Counted from the stretch's first letter, positions 32,701-44,701 are shown. The stretch: 64,000 nt of DNA from the human T2T-CHM13v2.0 reference genome, Homo sapiens (GCA_009914755.4 CP086569.2:13472001-13536000), one strand, 5' to 3'. The notes: a model not told the origin generated them from the sequence alone. Translations and numbers: made by a program.

Positions 32701-34648
32701 AGCCTGTCTCCTGGCGGACTGGGCAAGGGCCTTTTGGCACCCTCGGGTTAGGACATGCCCGCACCCAGTGGCCTTTTTTACTGCACTTAAAACAAGGCCC
32801 AGGAGGGTTAATGCTATCAGGTCTTTTGTGCCCTTGGGTGGTATGGATGGGTTGGTGGATAACAGCTACTAGAAGGTGGTATGTAGCACTATCTCTTTAG
32901 GCTTTATCTAATTTATTTTGCTCATCCCTGTTATTGAAGACTTTAAATGCCAGGTTAAGGAGGTCTTGTTCTGGGGTTTGAGAGGCCATCTTCAACTTTT
33001 TTAAGTTTGCGCCAGATGTTGGGGGCAATTGGGAGATAAAATGGGTATTAAGAACAATAGTTTTTTCCCAAAAGGCAGGATCAATGCGGGTATATTTTTG
33101 GAGAGCCTCTGTAAGGTGGGAAAGGAATTCAGCAGGGTTTTTATCTGCTTTTGGGGAAAGTTTTTGGAGATTTTTTTTTGTTTTGTTTTTGTTTTTTAAT
33201 TTACAGCCTTATGGGCAGCTTTGTTAAGGCCTGCAATGAGGCAAGTAGTCAGATGAGTACGGGACACCCAGCTGGGTTCTGTGGGTTGCTACTCTTAGGA
33301 AGGCACTTTCTGGGGAACTGCAGTGGCTCCTATGGGCTTAGTAGGATCTTGCCAGTGGATGTCATTGGCATGTGCCTGGGTGGCAAGCCACACTCTTTCA
33401 CTTCCAGAAGAAGGGTAGAAGAGAGGATAATATAGAGATTGTGCTAAGTAGGTTCATAAGACTGGGAGAGATATTTAAATTCTTTGATATAAGTATTGGG
33501 ATTGGAGGAGAAAGACAAGAGACTTTTTTATGTGGGAGAGATTAGAGAGAGAGAAGGGAACATGAACATGGATGATCCCTTTGGCTTCTTCCACCTCTTG
33601 AAGGGGTAGCAAGGGGGCTGGAGGAGGGATATATTAGGCTTGGGAGCAGGTGAGGTTTGGAGATGGAGATGTTTTAGAGTCAGAGGCAGGGTGGCTGGAA
33701 AGAGGAGGGGAAAGAGATAGGGGCATATGGAGGGGGGTCATGATGTTTTAGTGGAGGGACATGAGGTTGCTGGGGAGGAGGGAAATCGGCAGGATCAAAG
33801 GATGAGGAATCATTGGCTGGGGCAGTAAAGTGAGTGACTGCGGATAAATCATATTTGGAGCAGGCAAGAAGGATTTGAAAAGTAGAGCAGGACTGGCAAA
33901 GGGAAGGGCGGCTACAGACAGTGAAGAAGGCCTGAACATAACGAATCTTAGACCATTTCCCATTGCGATGGCAAAAATTGTCTAGGTCCCTGAGTATATT
34001 GAAATTGAAAGTACCATTTTCAGATCATTGAGAGCCATTATCTAATTTATATTGTGGCCAAGCCGTATTAGAGGAGAAAATAAACCTCTTGGGACAAACC
34101 TCTGAACAGAGGCCAAGCATGTTAAAGTTGTACAGGAGGCACCCCGGGGGGTAGTTTTAGATGGAGTAGACTAAGAGGCTCCTATAGCAAATAGAGGAGG
34201 GCATAGAGGAAGAAGAGGCTGCTGGTGGCAAGGACAGTGGGAGAGGATGCCCCCAGTCCCGTGGGACTTGTTCAGTATAAGGAAGGCAACCACTGAGTTA
34301 GGTGTCCCTGAAATGGGAGAGCTGGAGGCCTAGAGGCCAGAGGGAGCCCTTGGCCCACTGCTGGGTCTTTCAGGAAGACACAGATGGCAAGTGTCCAGGG
34401 TAAATGGCAAGAGTCTCTCTTACTCACACCCGTGTAGACTCTAATAATGAATGAAGTCACCAGCAATGGGGGGGTCCGAGAAATCCTTCAGGTATTCAGC
34501 TGGTTCAGGAAGGGGAGGGTGGCCAGGAGAAGAGGAAAGGCACTGAGGCTATAGCATGCTGCAATGGACCAGCCCAGGAGGAGAGAAAGGGTGCAAGAGA
34601 CGGTAAAGGAAAGAGCCCTTTTAGGATTCCCAGCCAGAGCCTACCCCT
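29707..34648 (-). mobile_element. ERV number 2 internal region (pol-rich, degenerate)
   Basis: Minus-strand ORFs include an RT fingers/palm region (LLKPTHFPCNTLILPVKKTDGCYQLVQDLQSINQAVLTIHPVVPNLYTLLS...IDLKNAFFTIPLHLDSQDLFAFTW) at 31674-32000, and PVAYLSKQLECTTKRWPTCLRALAAATTLALKSKTT at 30865-31089. Confidence 0.7.
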
Positions 34649-34666
34649 TCCCGGGTTTCAGCACCA
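34649..34666 (-). other. primer-binding site, tRNA-Phe type
   Basis: The reverse complement TGGTGCTGAAACCCGGGA matches the complement of the tRNA-Phe 3' end, TGGTGCCGAAACCCGGGA, at 17 of 18 positions. Confidence 0.6.
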
Positions 34667-34668
34667 AA

Positions 34669-34985
34669 ATTTAAGGTTAACCGAGAGAAAGAATGAGTAG
34701 ACCCAAAGTCAGGCAAGCAAGTTTTAATAACCTTCTGGGCTGCTCCACAGTAAACAGAGGAGGCAGCCCCAAGCTCACATGCTAGGGTGGGTTTTATGGG
34801 GGTTGACTGTGGAGGCTGGAATGGCATACATTCTGAGTAAAACCACATCCTGGAATTGTTTTGCTAAATTGTAACAGTGCTACATTATTTCTAGCTCCCG
34901 TTACATAACATCTAAACGAAATGGATCCCTTTGCAGGATCCATTTCTTCCCTTTGCAGGAACAGGGGGCTAAGTTTCACCTAACA
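34669..34985 (-). mobile_element. 5' LTR of ERV number 2
   Basis: A copy of the 29408-29706 sequence with an internal approximately 20-bp duplication (ggatccctttgcagga x2). Confidence 0.7.
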
Positions 34986-35120
34986 AGATATTTCAGTCTC
35001 TTCCACCTTTTTTGTTACTGTGAATAATGCTGCTATAAACATTACTGTGCGTGCGTACACTGTAAGTCCTTGCTTTCAGCTCTTTTGTGTATATGCCTAA
35101 GAGAAAAATTGTAAACCATA

Positions 35121-35412
<292 letters not shown>

Positions 35413-35566
35413 AACAGTATAGTATGTCTATGCTTAACATTTTGAGGAGCTCTCAAAATGTTTCCTATAGGGCTGTATCATTTTACCTTCTGGCAAGCAA
35501 TGAAGAAGCATTCTGATTTCTCCATATCCTAACTAGCAATTGTTTTTTCTGTTTGTTTGGTGCTAT

Positions 35567-36112
35567 TGTGTGCTAGTGTGTCCAGAGTTTGTTCCTGCTG
35601 GTGGGTTTGTGGTCTCACTGACTTCAAGAATGAAGCCACAGACCTTCATGGTGAGTGTTATAGCTCTTAAAGGTAGCACAGACCCAAAGAGTGAGCAGCA
35701 GCAAGATTTACTGTGAAGAGCAAAAGAACAAATCTTCCACAGTGTGGAAGGGAACCTGAGCAGATTGCTGCTGCTGGCTGGGGTGGCCAGCTTTAATTCC
35801 CTTATTTGTCCCCCCCCATGTTCTGTTTCTGTCCTATCAGAGTGCACTTTTTTCAATCCATCCCATGACTGGCTACATTTAGACTCCTGCTGATTGGTGC
35901 ATTTTACAGAGTGCTGATTGGTGCATTTTACAATCCTCTTGCTAGCTACAGAGCACTGATTGGTGCATTTTTACAGAGCACTGATTGGTGCATTTTACAA
36001 TCTTCTTGCTAGCTACAGAGCACTGATTGGTGCATTTTACAATCCTCTTGTAAGACAGAAAAGTTCTCCAAGTCCCCATTCGACCCAGGGAGTCCAGCTG
36101 GCTTCACCTCTC
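35567..36112 (-). mobile_element. LTR12-like LTR (3' LTR of HERV9 provirus) with approximately 41-bp tandem repeats
   Basis: Repeated gctgattggtgcattttacaatcctcttgctagctacagagcac units, then gaaaagttctccaagtccccat...ccagctggcttcacctctca. It lies directly downstream (in provirus sense) of the env stop at 36170. Confidence 0.7.
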
Positions 36113-36169
36113 AATGTCCCCTCTAGACAGGACACCCCAACTGCTGTTGGGAATTGAGCGATGACCACT

Positions 36170-38180
36170 CTAGCTACTTCCTGCTGGATAGAGCTGAAGA
36201 AGGGGCCCTGCAGTTGTAGTGACCTCCAGAGGAGAAAGCTCTAGGCCAGTCAAAGGGCCAGTGGGTTGGTCCAGGGTTCTTTGGTAGAAGTTGTGAGTTG
36301 AGCTCATTTGGGGTTCCATTTGTAAGACCATCTGTAGCCAGATGGTCTCAATCCTGGAGGAAACAAATTTGACAAGCTTAAAAATACTGGGCCAGAAGGC
36401 GAGTAATAGCAAGATGACTGTCACGGGACCTAGAAAGAGGAGAAGCCATGTCACACAACTCCAGAGGTTGGTATAAGAGTTTGAAAGGCATTGTCTTATT
36501 TCAGAAGCCTTTCCTGTGAATGCTGGGACGTGTCTCTTACTATCCCTGACTGGTTAGTGTAAAAACAACACTCTTCCCCTATGAAGGTGCAGAGTCCTCC
36601 TCTCTCAGCAGTGAGGAGCTCTAGGCCTCAGTGGTTTTAGAGAGTCACTGTTGCCGAAGAGTCTATTTGGGATTGTAGAGTAAGGATAGATTGTTATTTC
36701 TTGCAAACTGTCTGAGAAATCCTTTGAAAGTGTGTGGTAGTAGGATAGTGAAGTGGAAAAACCTGCTATTCGGGTTCCTGTAGCAGTGGTCACTCCTAAC
36801 CCTGTAAGTAGGGATATTAGTTGTATGGCCCTGCACTGACAGACTTGAGCTTTGATAGGGTCTGATTTCCTGTTGTCAATGTTGGGACTTAGGAAGACTA
36901 AGGTGTAGGTGCCTGTCCAGTTGGTTTGAAGGAAGATATAAGTTGAAGTTCCACATAAGAAGAATATGCCTTTGTTGGGTAGACAGAACTGGTTGTGTAT
37001 ATTAAAAACGTATGTGAGTTTGTTGTTTTCATTTTCCCATACTCCTAGAGTCCTTGCCAAGGTAGCTCTGGTGAGTGGCTGGGAAGGGGTGTTGGGAGCA
37101 AATTGAGTGGCTCCTTGGGTTCTATTTTCCAGTTGGAGAAAAAACTATTTTGTGTCTACTAGGAACCATTCAAGGGAGTAATTGAAAGAGGGGATGGAGT
37201 GGTGGAGGCGCTCCTGCAGGGGGTCCAGGGGTGAATGGTCATGCAGGGAATATGTTTGCCATGATAAAACCCAAAAAGTTTGTTAAGTAGGGAGGAAGTA
37301 ATGATTTTTGGAGGCCCTGAGAAGCAGACAACCTATCTGAATGGAGCTGTTTGGGTGACTCAGAAGTTACTATGATCAGTTGGGGCTTGAAGTTATAGGG
37401 TGTAATTACACTGATGGGATATTAGGTGCCCCAGGGGCAGGCCTGATAACAGGTTGTGTTGGATGCATAAAGGGTCTTGGAAAGTTAAGACAGCATTCAT
37501 GGTTACAGGACTGTGACTGAGCTTTTCATTGCTCGTGTAATAGGTGAGGTTGGAAATGTAAGAGCAAAGAAGTTGAACTGCACGTCCTGTTAGCGTTTTC
37601 TTGGTCCTATCAGAGATGGGGAAATTGGCTAATGATTGTGTATTTGGAAGCTGGAAAGGGTCTTTTCGGTCATAACAGGGGTGGTAGGTTAAGTTAGTAA
37701 AGACCCAGTTTTTTGCGAGAACGAGAGTGACAACGTAAGCAGTGGCTGATAGAGAGGTATAAAGCCAACAGTCATTTGCCAGGGAAGGATTGGACTAGCT
37801 TAACAGAGAATGGGTTAAGTTGAGAGTCTTGTAGAGGTAATTAGGAGCTAGTGAAAGCAGAGGGGTGACTATATGGGGTATCCAAGGAAGCAGGAGCAAT
37901 AGATAGGCAAAGAGTAAGTAGGAAGGTAAAGAGGGTGCCCTGGAAGATGAGTTCATTTTATCCAGTCTGAGTTAAAGGTAGGAGTAAATTGCTGTCAGAA
38001 AGAAGGATGCTAGAATAAAGGTTGATGTGATTATGATTTTCATCCTGACAGGAGCCACAGTGTATAGTCCTACTGCAAAGAGTATGATTAGTATATTGCT
38101 TAATAATGTGGTGAAACAGTAAAAGGATTCCATTGAAGGGGCAAGCAGAGATGTTAAAGATTATGTAGGTTTTCACTTAT
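36170..38180 (-). pseudogene. HERV9 env remnant (syncytin-like SU/TM), frame-broken
   Basis: 36170-36454 encodes ...LLLLAFWPSIFKLVKFVSSRIETIWLQMVLQMEPQMSS...LLQLYPAGSS, close to the syncytin-1 TM C-terminus (LVNFVSSRIEAVKLQMEPKMQS...LLRPNSAGSS). 36605-37060 carries ...FFLCGTSTYIF...LISLLTGLGVTTATGTRIAG, the SU end plus fusion peptide. Confidence 0.7.
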
Positions 38181-38379
38181 CTTTTTTCATTTGTTTTTTT
38201 AAGTAGGAAGGGGTTTTTCCTCAGGATCAGTTGTAGGAGCCTTTTTAGTCTGGGATGTGTCCTTCTGAAATAGGAGATGCAAGTCCTCCAATGGCTCACA
38301 GGTATATCGAGGATGGTCTGGATGATCTTGGGACTCCAGAGAGTAGGCTATGGAGATGAGTTTCTTGTGTTAGTTTCCT

Positions 38380-39072
38380 TCAGTGCCTCTTGAGTGTTTC
38401 ATTTGCCTTCTCAACCTTCCCTGAAGAATGCGGCCTCCAGGTGCAGTGAAGGTGATATTGTATCCCTAGTGCCCTGGAAATTCCCTGAGTTATCATGGCT
38501 TTGAAAGCCAGACTATTGTCATTTTGTAAGCTTTGTGGAAGCCCAAATCTAGTAGTTATTTCATGAATTAGGACTTTAACCACTTCCTGAGCCTTCTCTG
38601 TCTTGCAGGGGACAGCTTCTATCCAATTTGTCAAGGTATCAACACAGACCAACAAGTATTGAAATCCTTTTGACTTAGGCATATGGGTGAAGTCTAACTG
38701 CCACTCCTCTCTGGGATAGTGCCCTGTTCTTTGTTCCCCTATAGGGGCCTTATGATGGACCAAGGGATTATTCATTTGGCACACCTCACAGGCTTTGACT
38801 TCTTGTTGGACCCCCCAGAGGAGATTTGGCCCTGTAAATAGAGATTTGGGCATTTGATGAGTGTTCTCAATACTCACATGAAAAGTTTGGTGGAGGTACT
38901 TCAGTATTTTCCACTGGCTGGCTTCTGGTATAAGTACCTTTCCCTCTTCTGTTGTTAACCACCCTGAGGGGAGAAAACTATGCCCCCATGAAAGTCCCCA
39001 TTCTGTTTCAATTGGGGAATACTGGGGCTTAATCTCTTGGAGAGGGTTGTCCCATATCAAGGGAAATTCCAT
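38380..39072 (-). pseudogene. retroviral integrase ORF fragment (230 aa open)
   Basis: An HHCC-like segment (HQTFH...CEVCQ) and a DDE core (WQLDFTHM...LLVCVDTLTNWIEAVPC...LQNDNSLAF...EKAN). Confidence 0.8.
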
Positions 39073-39841
39073 AGGTATTTCTAATGGGAGCTTCTGCCTG
39101 GCAGCAATTTTGGCCTCAGCATCTGCCTGACAGTTTCCTTCTGCCTTTTCTCTTTCACCTTTTTGATGGCTTCAGCAGTGTAAGACTGCCACCTCTTTGG
39201 GTTTTTGCACCGTATGCCATAACTCCATGATTTCCTTGTGGTATTTAATGGGGTTTCCCCCAGAGACTAGGAACTCCCTTTCTTTCCACATTGCAGCATG
39301 GGCATGTAGGATTAGATAACCATACTTGCTATCTGTACACACATTTATTCTTTTTTCCTTTCCCAGCTCTAAGGCTCATGTAAGTGCCACTAGTTCTGCT
39401 AACTGGGTGCTGGTCCCTGGTGAAAAAGTCTTACTTTCAAGTACTGTTACATCACTAACTATGGCATAACCTGCCTTTCATATCTCATTCTCCACAAATG
39501 AACTTCCACCAGTATATAGGTTAAGGTCAGGATTAGCTAAGGGGACTTCTAAGGATCCTTTCAGGCAGTATAAGTCTGGGTTACAATTTGTTGGCAGTCA
39601 TGCTCAATTGGTTCCCTATCGTCTGGGAGAAAAGAGTTAGGGTTGAGGACTGTACACGTGTGTATTTGGAGCACAGGTCCCTGAAGGAGTAGCACCTGGT
39701 ATCTAAGCAGGTGGTTGTCTGATAGCCATAAACTTCCTTTGGCACCTAGTATGCCATTTACATCATGAGTAGTCCAGACAGTGAGATCCTTTCCTTATAT
39801 TATTTTGATAGCCTCTAATACTAAGATGGCCACCACCGCAA

Positions 39842-40741
39842 CTACCCATAAATAGGCTGGCCTTTTGCTACTATATCAGTTACCTTACTTAGGTATGCCA
39901 CTGGTTGTGGGATTGTCCCATGAGTCTGAGTAAGGACTCCAAGAGCTATTCCCACTCTCTTTGTGATGTATAAAGAGAAGTTTTGTTCTGTGGGAAGGCT
40001 TAAGGCTGGAGCTTGTCCTAGGGCCTGCTTCAAGGTTTTGAAGGCTGTTTCTGCCTCTGGTTCCCATTCTAGTAGATGAGTATTGGCCCTCTGGGTCATG
40101 TTGATTATTAGAGTATTGAGTGGCCTGGCCATCTCTCTGTATCTGGGGATTCATACTTGGCAAAAGCTGGTGATTCCAAGGAACCACCACAATCGTTTTA
40201 ATGTCTTACAGCAAGGATAAGCCAGTATAGGCTGTATTTGTTCCTTGCTGAGGGCCCTGGTTCCTCTGGCTAAGAATAGGCCTATATATGTGACTTGTTG
40301 TAGGCAGAGCTGGGCCTTCAATTTAGATGCCTTGTACACTGGATTAACTAGAAAGTTCAAGAGATCTAGAGTAGCCTGCTGGCATGAGGCTTTCGAACTG
40401 GTAGCAAAAAGAAAATCATCCACATACTGAAGGACCAGAGCACCTGGACTTGAGAAGTGGCCTAGATCTTGGGCCAGTGCCTGATCAAACAGATGAGGGC
40501 TATCCCTAAACCCTGGAGGCAAGACCATCCATGTAATTTGGGATGTGTTGTCTGTGGGATCCTCAAAGGCAAAAAGAAACTGGGAGTCAGAGTGCAGGGG
40601 AATGCAGAAGAAGGCATCCTTGAAGTCCAGAACAGTGAGCCATTCTGCTTCCTCTGGTATTTGAGAGAGCAAGGTATAGCACTTGGGTACAACTGGATAT
40701 AGAGGAGTTACTGCCTCACTGATGAGTCTAAGATCTTGCAT
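39842..40741 (-). pseudogene. reverse transcriptase (YVDD motif) plus connection domain
   Basis: VLDFKDAFFCIPLHSDSQFLFAFEDP...LQYVDDFLFATSS (40151-40741) and QPVAYLSKVTDIVAKGQP (39842-40132). Confidence 0.8.
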
Positions 40742-40912
40742 TAGTCTCCACAGACCGTTTGTTTTTTGTACTCCTAGAATTGGGGTGTTGCAGGGACTGC
40801 TGCATTTCCTTACTAAGCCTTGAGCTTTTAAATGTGTAACACTATCCTGTAATCCTTTATAAGCTTCATGTCTTAAGAGATATTGCCTTTGATAAGGAAG
40901 TGTTGGAGTCTT

Positions 40913-41170
40913 TTAGCCTGATTTGGACTGGGTGGGCAATTTTGCCCTTCCAAATTGTCCTTCCATTGCCCAGACTTCAGGATTGATTCCCCCCTCAATT
41001 AGAGGACAACAAATGGGTAACTTCTTCCCCATATTCATGTAGATAATAGCTCCAGCTTTGGCTAATATATCCCTCCCTAATAAGGGTGTGGGACTTTCAG
41101 GCATAACAAGAAAGACATGTGAAAAGAGCAGAGTCTCCCAATTACAACTGCGGATGTGGGAGAAATACAT
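40913..41170 (-). pseudogene. retroviral protease fragment
   Basis: ...PTPLLGRDILAKAGAIIYMN, a protease flap-like motif. Confidence 0.5.
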
Positions 41171-41199
41171 GGTTAGAGGATCTCCCAGGATTCCTTGGA

Positions 41200-44020
41200 T
41201 GGTAACGGACCTTTAGGACAGCCGTCCAGGGTGGAGATTAACACTGAGAAAGCTGCACCCAGTGTCCAGGAGGAAATCAATTTCCTGGCTCTCAATGGTT
41301 AAACTTGCCCAGAGTTCAGTGATGGTGATGACATTAGCTGGCGCTTGCCCTGGGCACCCTCAGTCTTGTTGTTGGATCATCTGGTTGGGGGCTTCTAGCC
41401 CAGAGAACCTTTGACCTCTGGGGCAGTGCGCCTTCCAGTGATTGCCTCAGCATTGTGGACATGGACAAGGGGGTGGCTTGTTTCTCATTGAGTAATCTTT
41501 TTTAAAGTGTCCTTGCAAACCACAGTGATAAAAATCCCTACCAGGTGACTGGCCTGCTCCATTTTCTGTCCTCTCTGAACCACCAAGGTTTGTTTGTCTG
41601 AGGGACATGACTAAGGCTGTGGCCTTTCTCTTATCTCACTTTTCCTTTTGGGCCTGTTCCTTTTGGTCCCTATTATAGAACACCAAGGTTGCCAGGTTTA
41701 ATAATGCCTCCAGATTTTGTTCAGGGCCCAGGTCTTGCTTTTGGAGCTTTCTCCTGATATCTGCAACTGATTTGGTAATACACTTATCTTTTCATATCAA
41801 TTGACCCTCGAAGGAGTCTGGTGACAGGGGAGTATATTTTCTTAAGGCCTCCCATAGCTGCTCGAGGAAGGCAGAAGGATTTGCTTCCTTTCTCTGAGTT
41901 ATGGTGTACATCATTGAATAATTCATGGGCTTTTCCTAATTCTCCTTAGTCCTTCTAGAATATAGGTCAGCAGATGTTTACGATGCCAGTCCCCATGATC
42001 TGAGTCACAGCCCTGGTGGGGATCCATACTGGGGATGGCTTGCTCACCAGTAGGGAATTGGTCCTTTTCTTTGATTGTCATTCTATCATTTACTTGACTA
42101 AGATACCAGGTATCTCCAAATGCTCAGGCTGCAGCTAAAGCCACATTCTTTTCATTAAAGGCCAGGATTTTATCTAACAATAGCATGACATCTCTCCAAG
42201 TGAGGTCAAAAGTTTGCCCTAGACCCTGTAAGACAACTATGTACCTATCGGGATCATCTGAAAACTTCCCCAGATCTACCTTGATTTGCTTTAAATCAGA
42301 GATGGAGAAGGGGATATGTACCTGGGTTGGGCCAAATTCCCCTCCCCTAGAGCTTGAAGGGGACATAACTGATAGCCCAGGGGTTTTTGTGGTACCTTTG
42401 GAGATTTCTTTGTTTTCTTCTGAGAGGGGGAGATTAGAGGAGGCTTATTATTAATAGGAAGGGGAGCTATAGGTAGGCTAGGATATGGAGGTAAGCTGAG
42501 AGGTCCTCCTGTAGGATGTAAATTGCAAACTTTGCATAGGTGTTGATTCTCCTTCAATGAAAAGAAAGCTTGGACATAAGGTATTTCACTCCATTTGCCT
42601 TCCCTCTTACAGAAAAGGTCAATTGACAGGATCGTATTGTAATGGATACTTCCCTCAGGTGGTCATTTTTCCCCAACAGAGAGAGAATATTGGGGCCAGG
42701 CTGTGGTACAGAAAAAAATGAGCCACCTCTTTTTCAGGGTTTGGTCCCAATGGCTTAGGATGCATTTCAAGGGTGAGCCTGTTGATGCCTGAGTGTTTTG
42801 CATCTGAAAGAAAAAACTGCCTGCAGTTTTGGTTTGTTTTCCCCCAACCCCGCTGAAGAACTCTCAATGGTACCTGGACCCTGCTGATCAGAATAGTTGT
42901 GCTCACTGATGCAGCAGCTGATCCCCCTCTTGCCCAAGAACCCACAACAGTTTCTGGACCCTGCTGATTGGAATAATTGCACTCACCAATGCAGCAGCAA
43001 AAACGCTAGTTTTCCTCCTAGACCACAAAGAGGACTGAGGAACGTTGGATTTAGTGGCCCTTATTGATGCATTCTCAAAAACCTGCACCTTTGCCTTTCC
43101 TCTTAGACCACAAAGAGGACTGAGAGAAATCAGATTTAGTGGCCCTTACCTATGCATTCTCAAAAATCTGTTAGAGTCCTAAGTGTTTTCTCCTGTTAGT
43201 ATTGGGACCTTACCCTTGTCCTATAAAGATGATATGCCTCAAAATGGAGTGGAGGGCCATACCCTGAGGGAGGGAAGGGATCTCCAGGGTTGGAAGAGTG
43301 ATGTCTTTTGTCATCAGTTTTCACCATATGGATAGGAAGGATATAATTTCTGAGGCTCCCCATATCCTAGCTTTGGGAATAGCCTTTGTTAGGCCTGCTA
43401 GTCTGAGGAGGGATCCTAAAATTCCAGATAGTCTCCCCCTCGATGGGACTTTGGGTAAAAAAAAAAAAAAAAAAAAGTCTTTCTGATTGGTGAGCCTGGG
43501 TGCCTAAAGAAAGGAACACAGTCCCAAAATTTGTGTGAGAAATCATTCTTATAGGAGAAACTAGAAAAGCACCAGAGACAGGGAGTGGAGGCAGGACTAG
43601 CCTCAGAGAAGAGAAACAGGAGGAAGTCTGTCTGATAGGCATTAGGACCCAGGAGGCAAGGGTCAGGATAGATAGGATAGATGGGCGAGTCTCACTTGGG
43701 CATTGTGGCTCTGAGAGTTCTGCTCATGGCTACAGGGTCAACCAAATTTTTGTTGGGACCCTGCAGATGGGCTTTCCTCTCTGTCGACCGTTGGCTTAGC
43801 TCGGAAGTACAGGAAAAGTGGAAGCTGGTTCCAGGAAAACCAACAATGTCAATTCCAAAGAGTCGGGGGTTGTTAGCCCTTTCCCAGAAAGCCTGACATC
43901 TGTGTCTTTAGTCCAGTGGCCATGCTAGTCACTTTTAACTAGCCAACACATGCCTGGTGTTTAGCCCCTGAATTCTAAGGAAAAACAGAACAAGTGAAAG
44001 GGGTCCCATGGTACTCACCG
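41200..44020 (-). pseudogene. HERV9 gag region (capsid fragment 42124-42366) plus leader, degenerate
   Basis: [68 protein letters not shown] resembles the gammaretroviral CA N-terminus. Confidence 0.55.
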
Positions 44021-44030
44021 CTTGGTGATA

Positions 44031-44048
44031 GTCCCTTCTTAGTTGCCA
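44031..44048 (-). other. primer-binding site, tRNA-Arg type (HERV9/HERV-W-like)
   Basis: The reverse complement TGGCAACTAAGAAGGGAC matches TGGCGACCACGAAGGGAC at 15 of 18 positions. It follows the LTR end ...tctggtcaca after 3 nt. Confidence 0.55.
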
Positions 44049-44051
44049 AGA

Positions 44052-44551
44052 TGTGACCAGAGTTTGTTCCTTCCGGTGGATTTGTGGTCTTGCTGACTTC
44101 AAGAATGAAGCTGCAGACCCTCACGGTGAGTGTTACAGCTCTTAAAGTTGATGCAGACCCAAAGAATGAGGAGCAGCAAGATTCATTGTGAAGAGCAAAA
44201 GAACAAAGCTTCCACAGTGTGAAAGGGAACCCAAGTGGGTTGTTGCTGCTGGCTGGAGTAGCCAGCTTTTATTCTCTTATTTGCCCCTGCCCATATTTTG
44301 CTGATTGGCCCCTTTTACAGAGTGCTGATTGGTCCATTTTATAAACCTGTAGCTAGCTACAGAGTGCTGAGTGGTGCGTTTTTACAGAGCACTGATTGGT
44401 GCATTTTACAAACCTCTAGCTAGCTACAGAGCACCAATTGGTGCATTTTTACAGAGCACCGATTGGTGCATTTTACAAACCTCTAGCTAGCTACAGAAAA
44501 GTTCTCCAAGTCCCCACTTGACCTAGGAAGTCCAGCTGGCTTTACCTCTCA
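44052..44551 (-). mobile_element. LTR12-like LTR (5' LTR of HERV9 provirus)
   Basis: Same architecture as 35567-36112: tandem gattggtgcattttacaaacctctagctagctacagag units. In provirus sense it reads CCAATCAG boxes, then AATAAAAGCTGGC, and ends ...GGAACAAACTCTGGTCACA. Confidence 0.7.
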
Positions 44552-44701
44552 CTTTTTCTCAACACTTTGCTACAACCATATGATGTAGAAAGTTAAGTGT
44601 TTGTTATGAGACTTATGTGCTGAATGAAAAATCATTAGGCTTTCTAAGGAAGGCAACAATAAAAGTGGTGAAAAGTGAAAAAGAGGGAACAGTAATTTTG
44701 T

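Noticed and set aside
35880-36050. Regularly spaced approximately 41-bp direct repeats that look superficially like a CRISPR array. A second set sits at about 44300-44500.
   Set aside because: The sequences between the repeat cores are themselves near-identical, so there are no unique spacers. The block sits inside an LTR12 U3 region with CCAAT boxes, and the genome is primate. This is the known ERV9 LTR enhancer repeat, not CRISPR.
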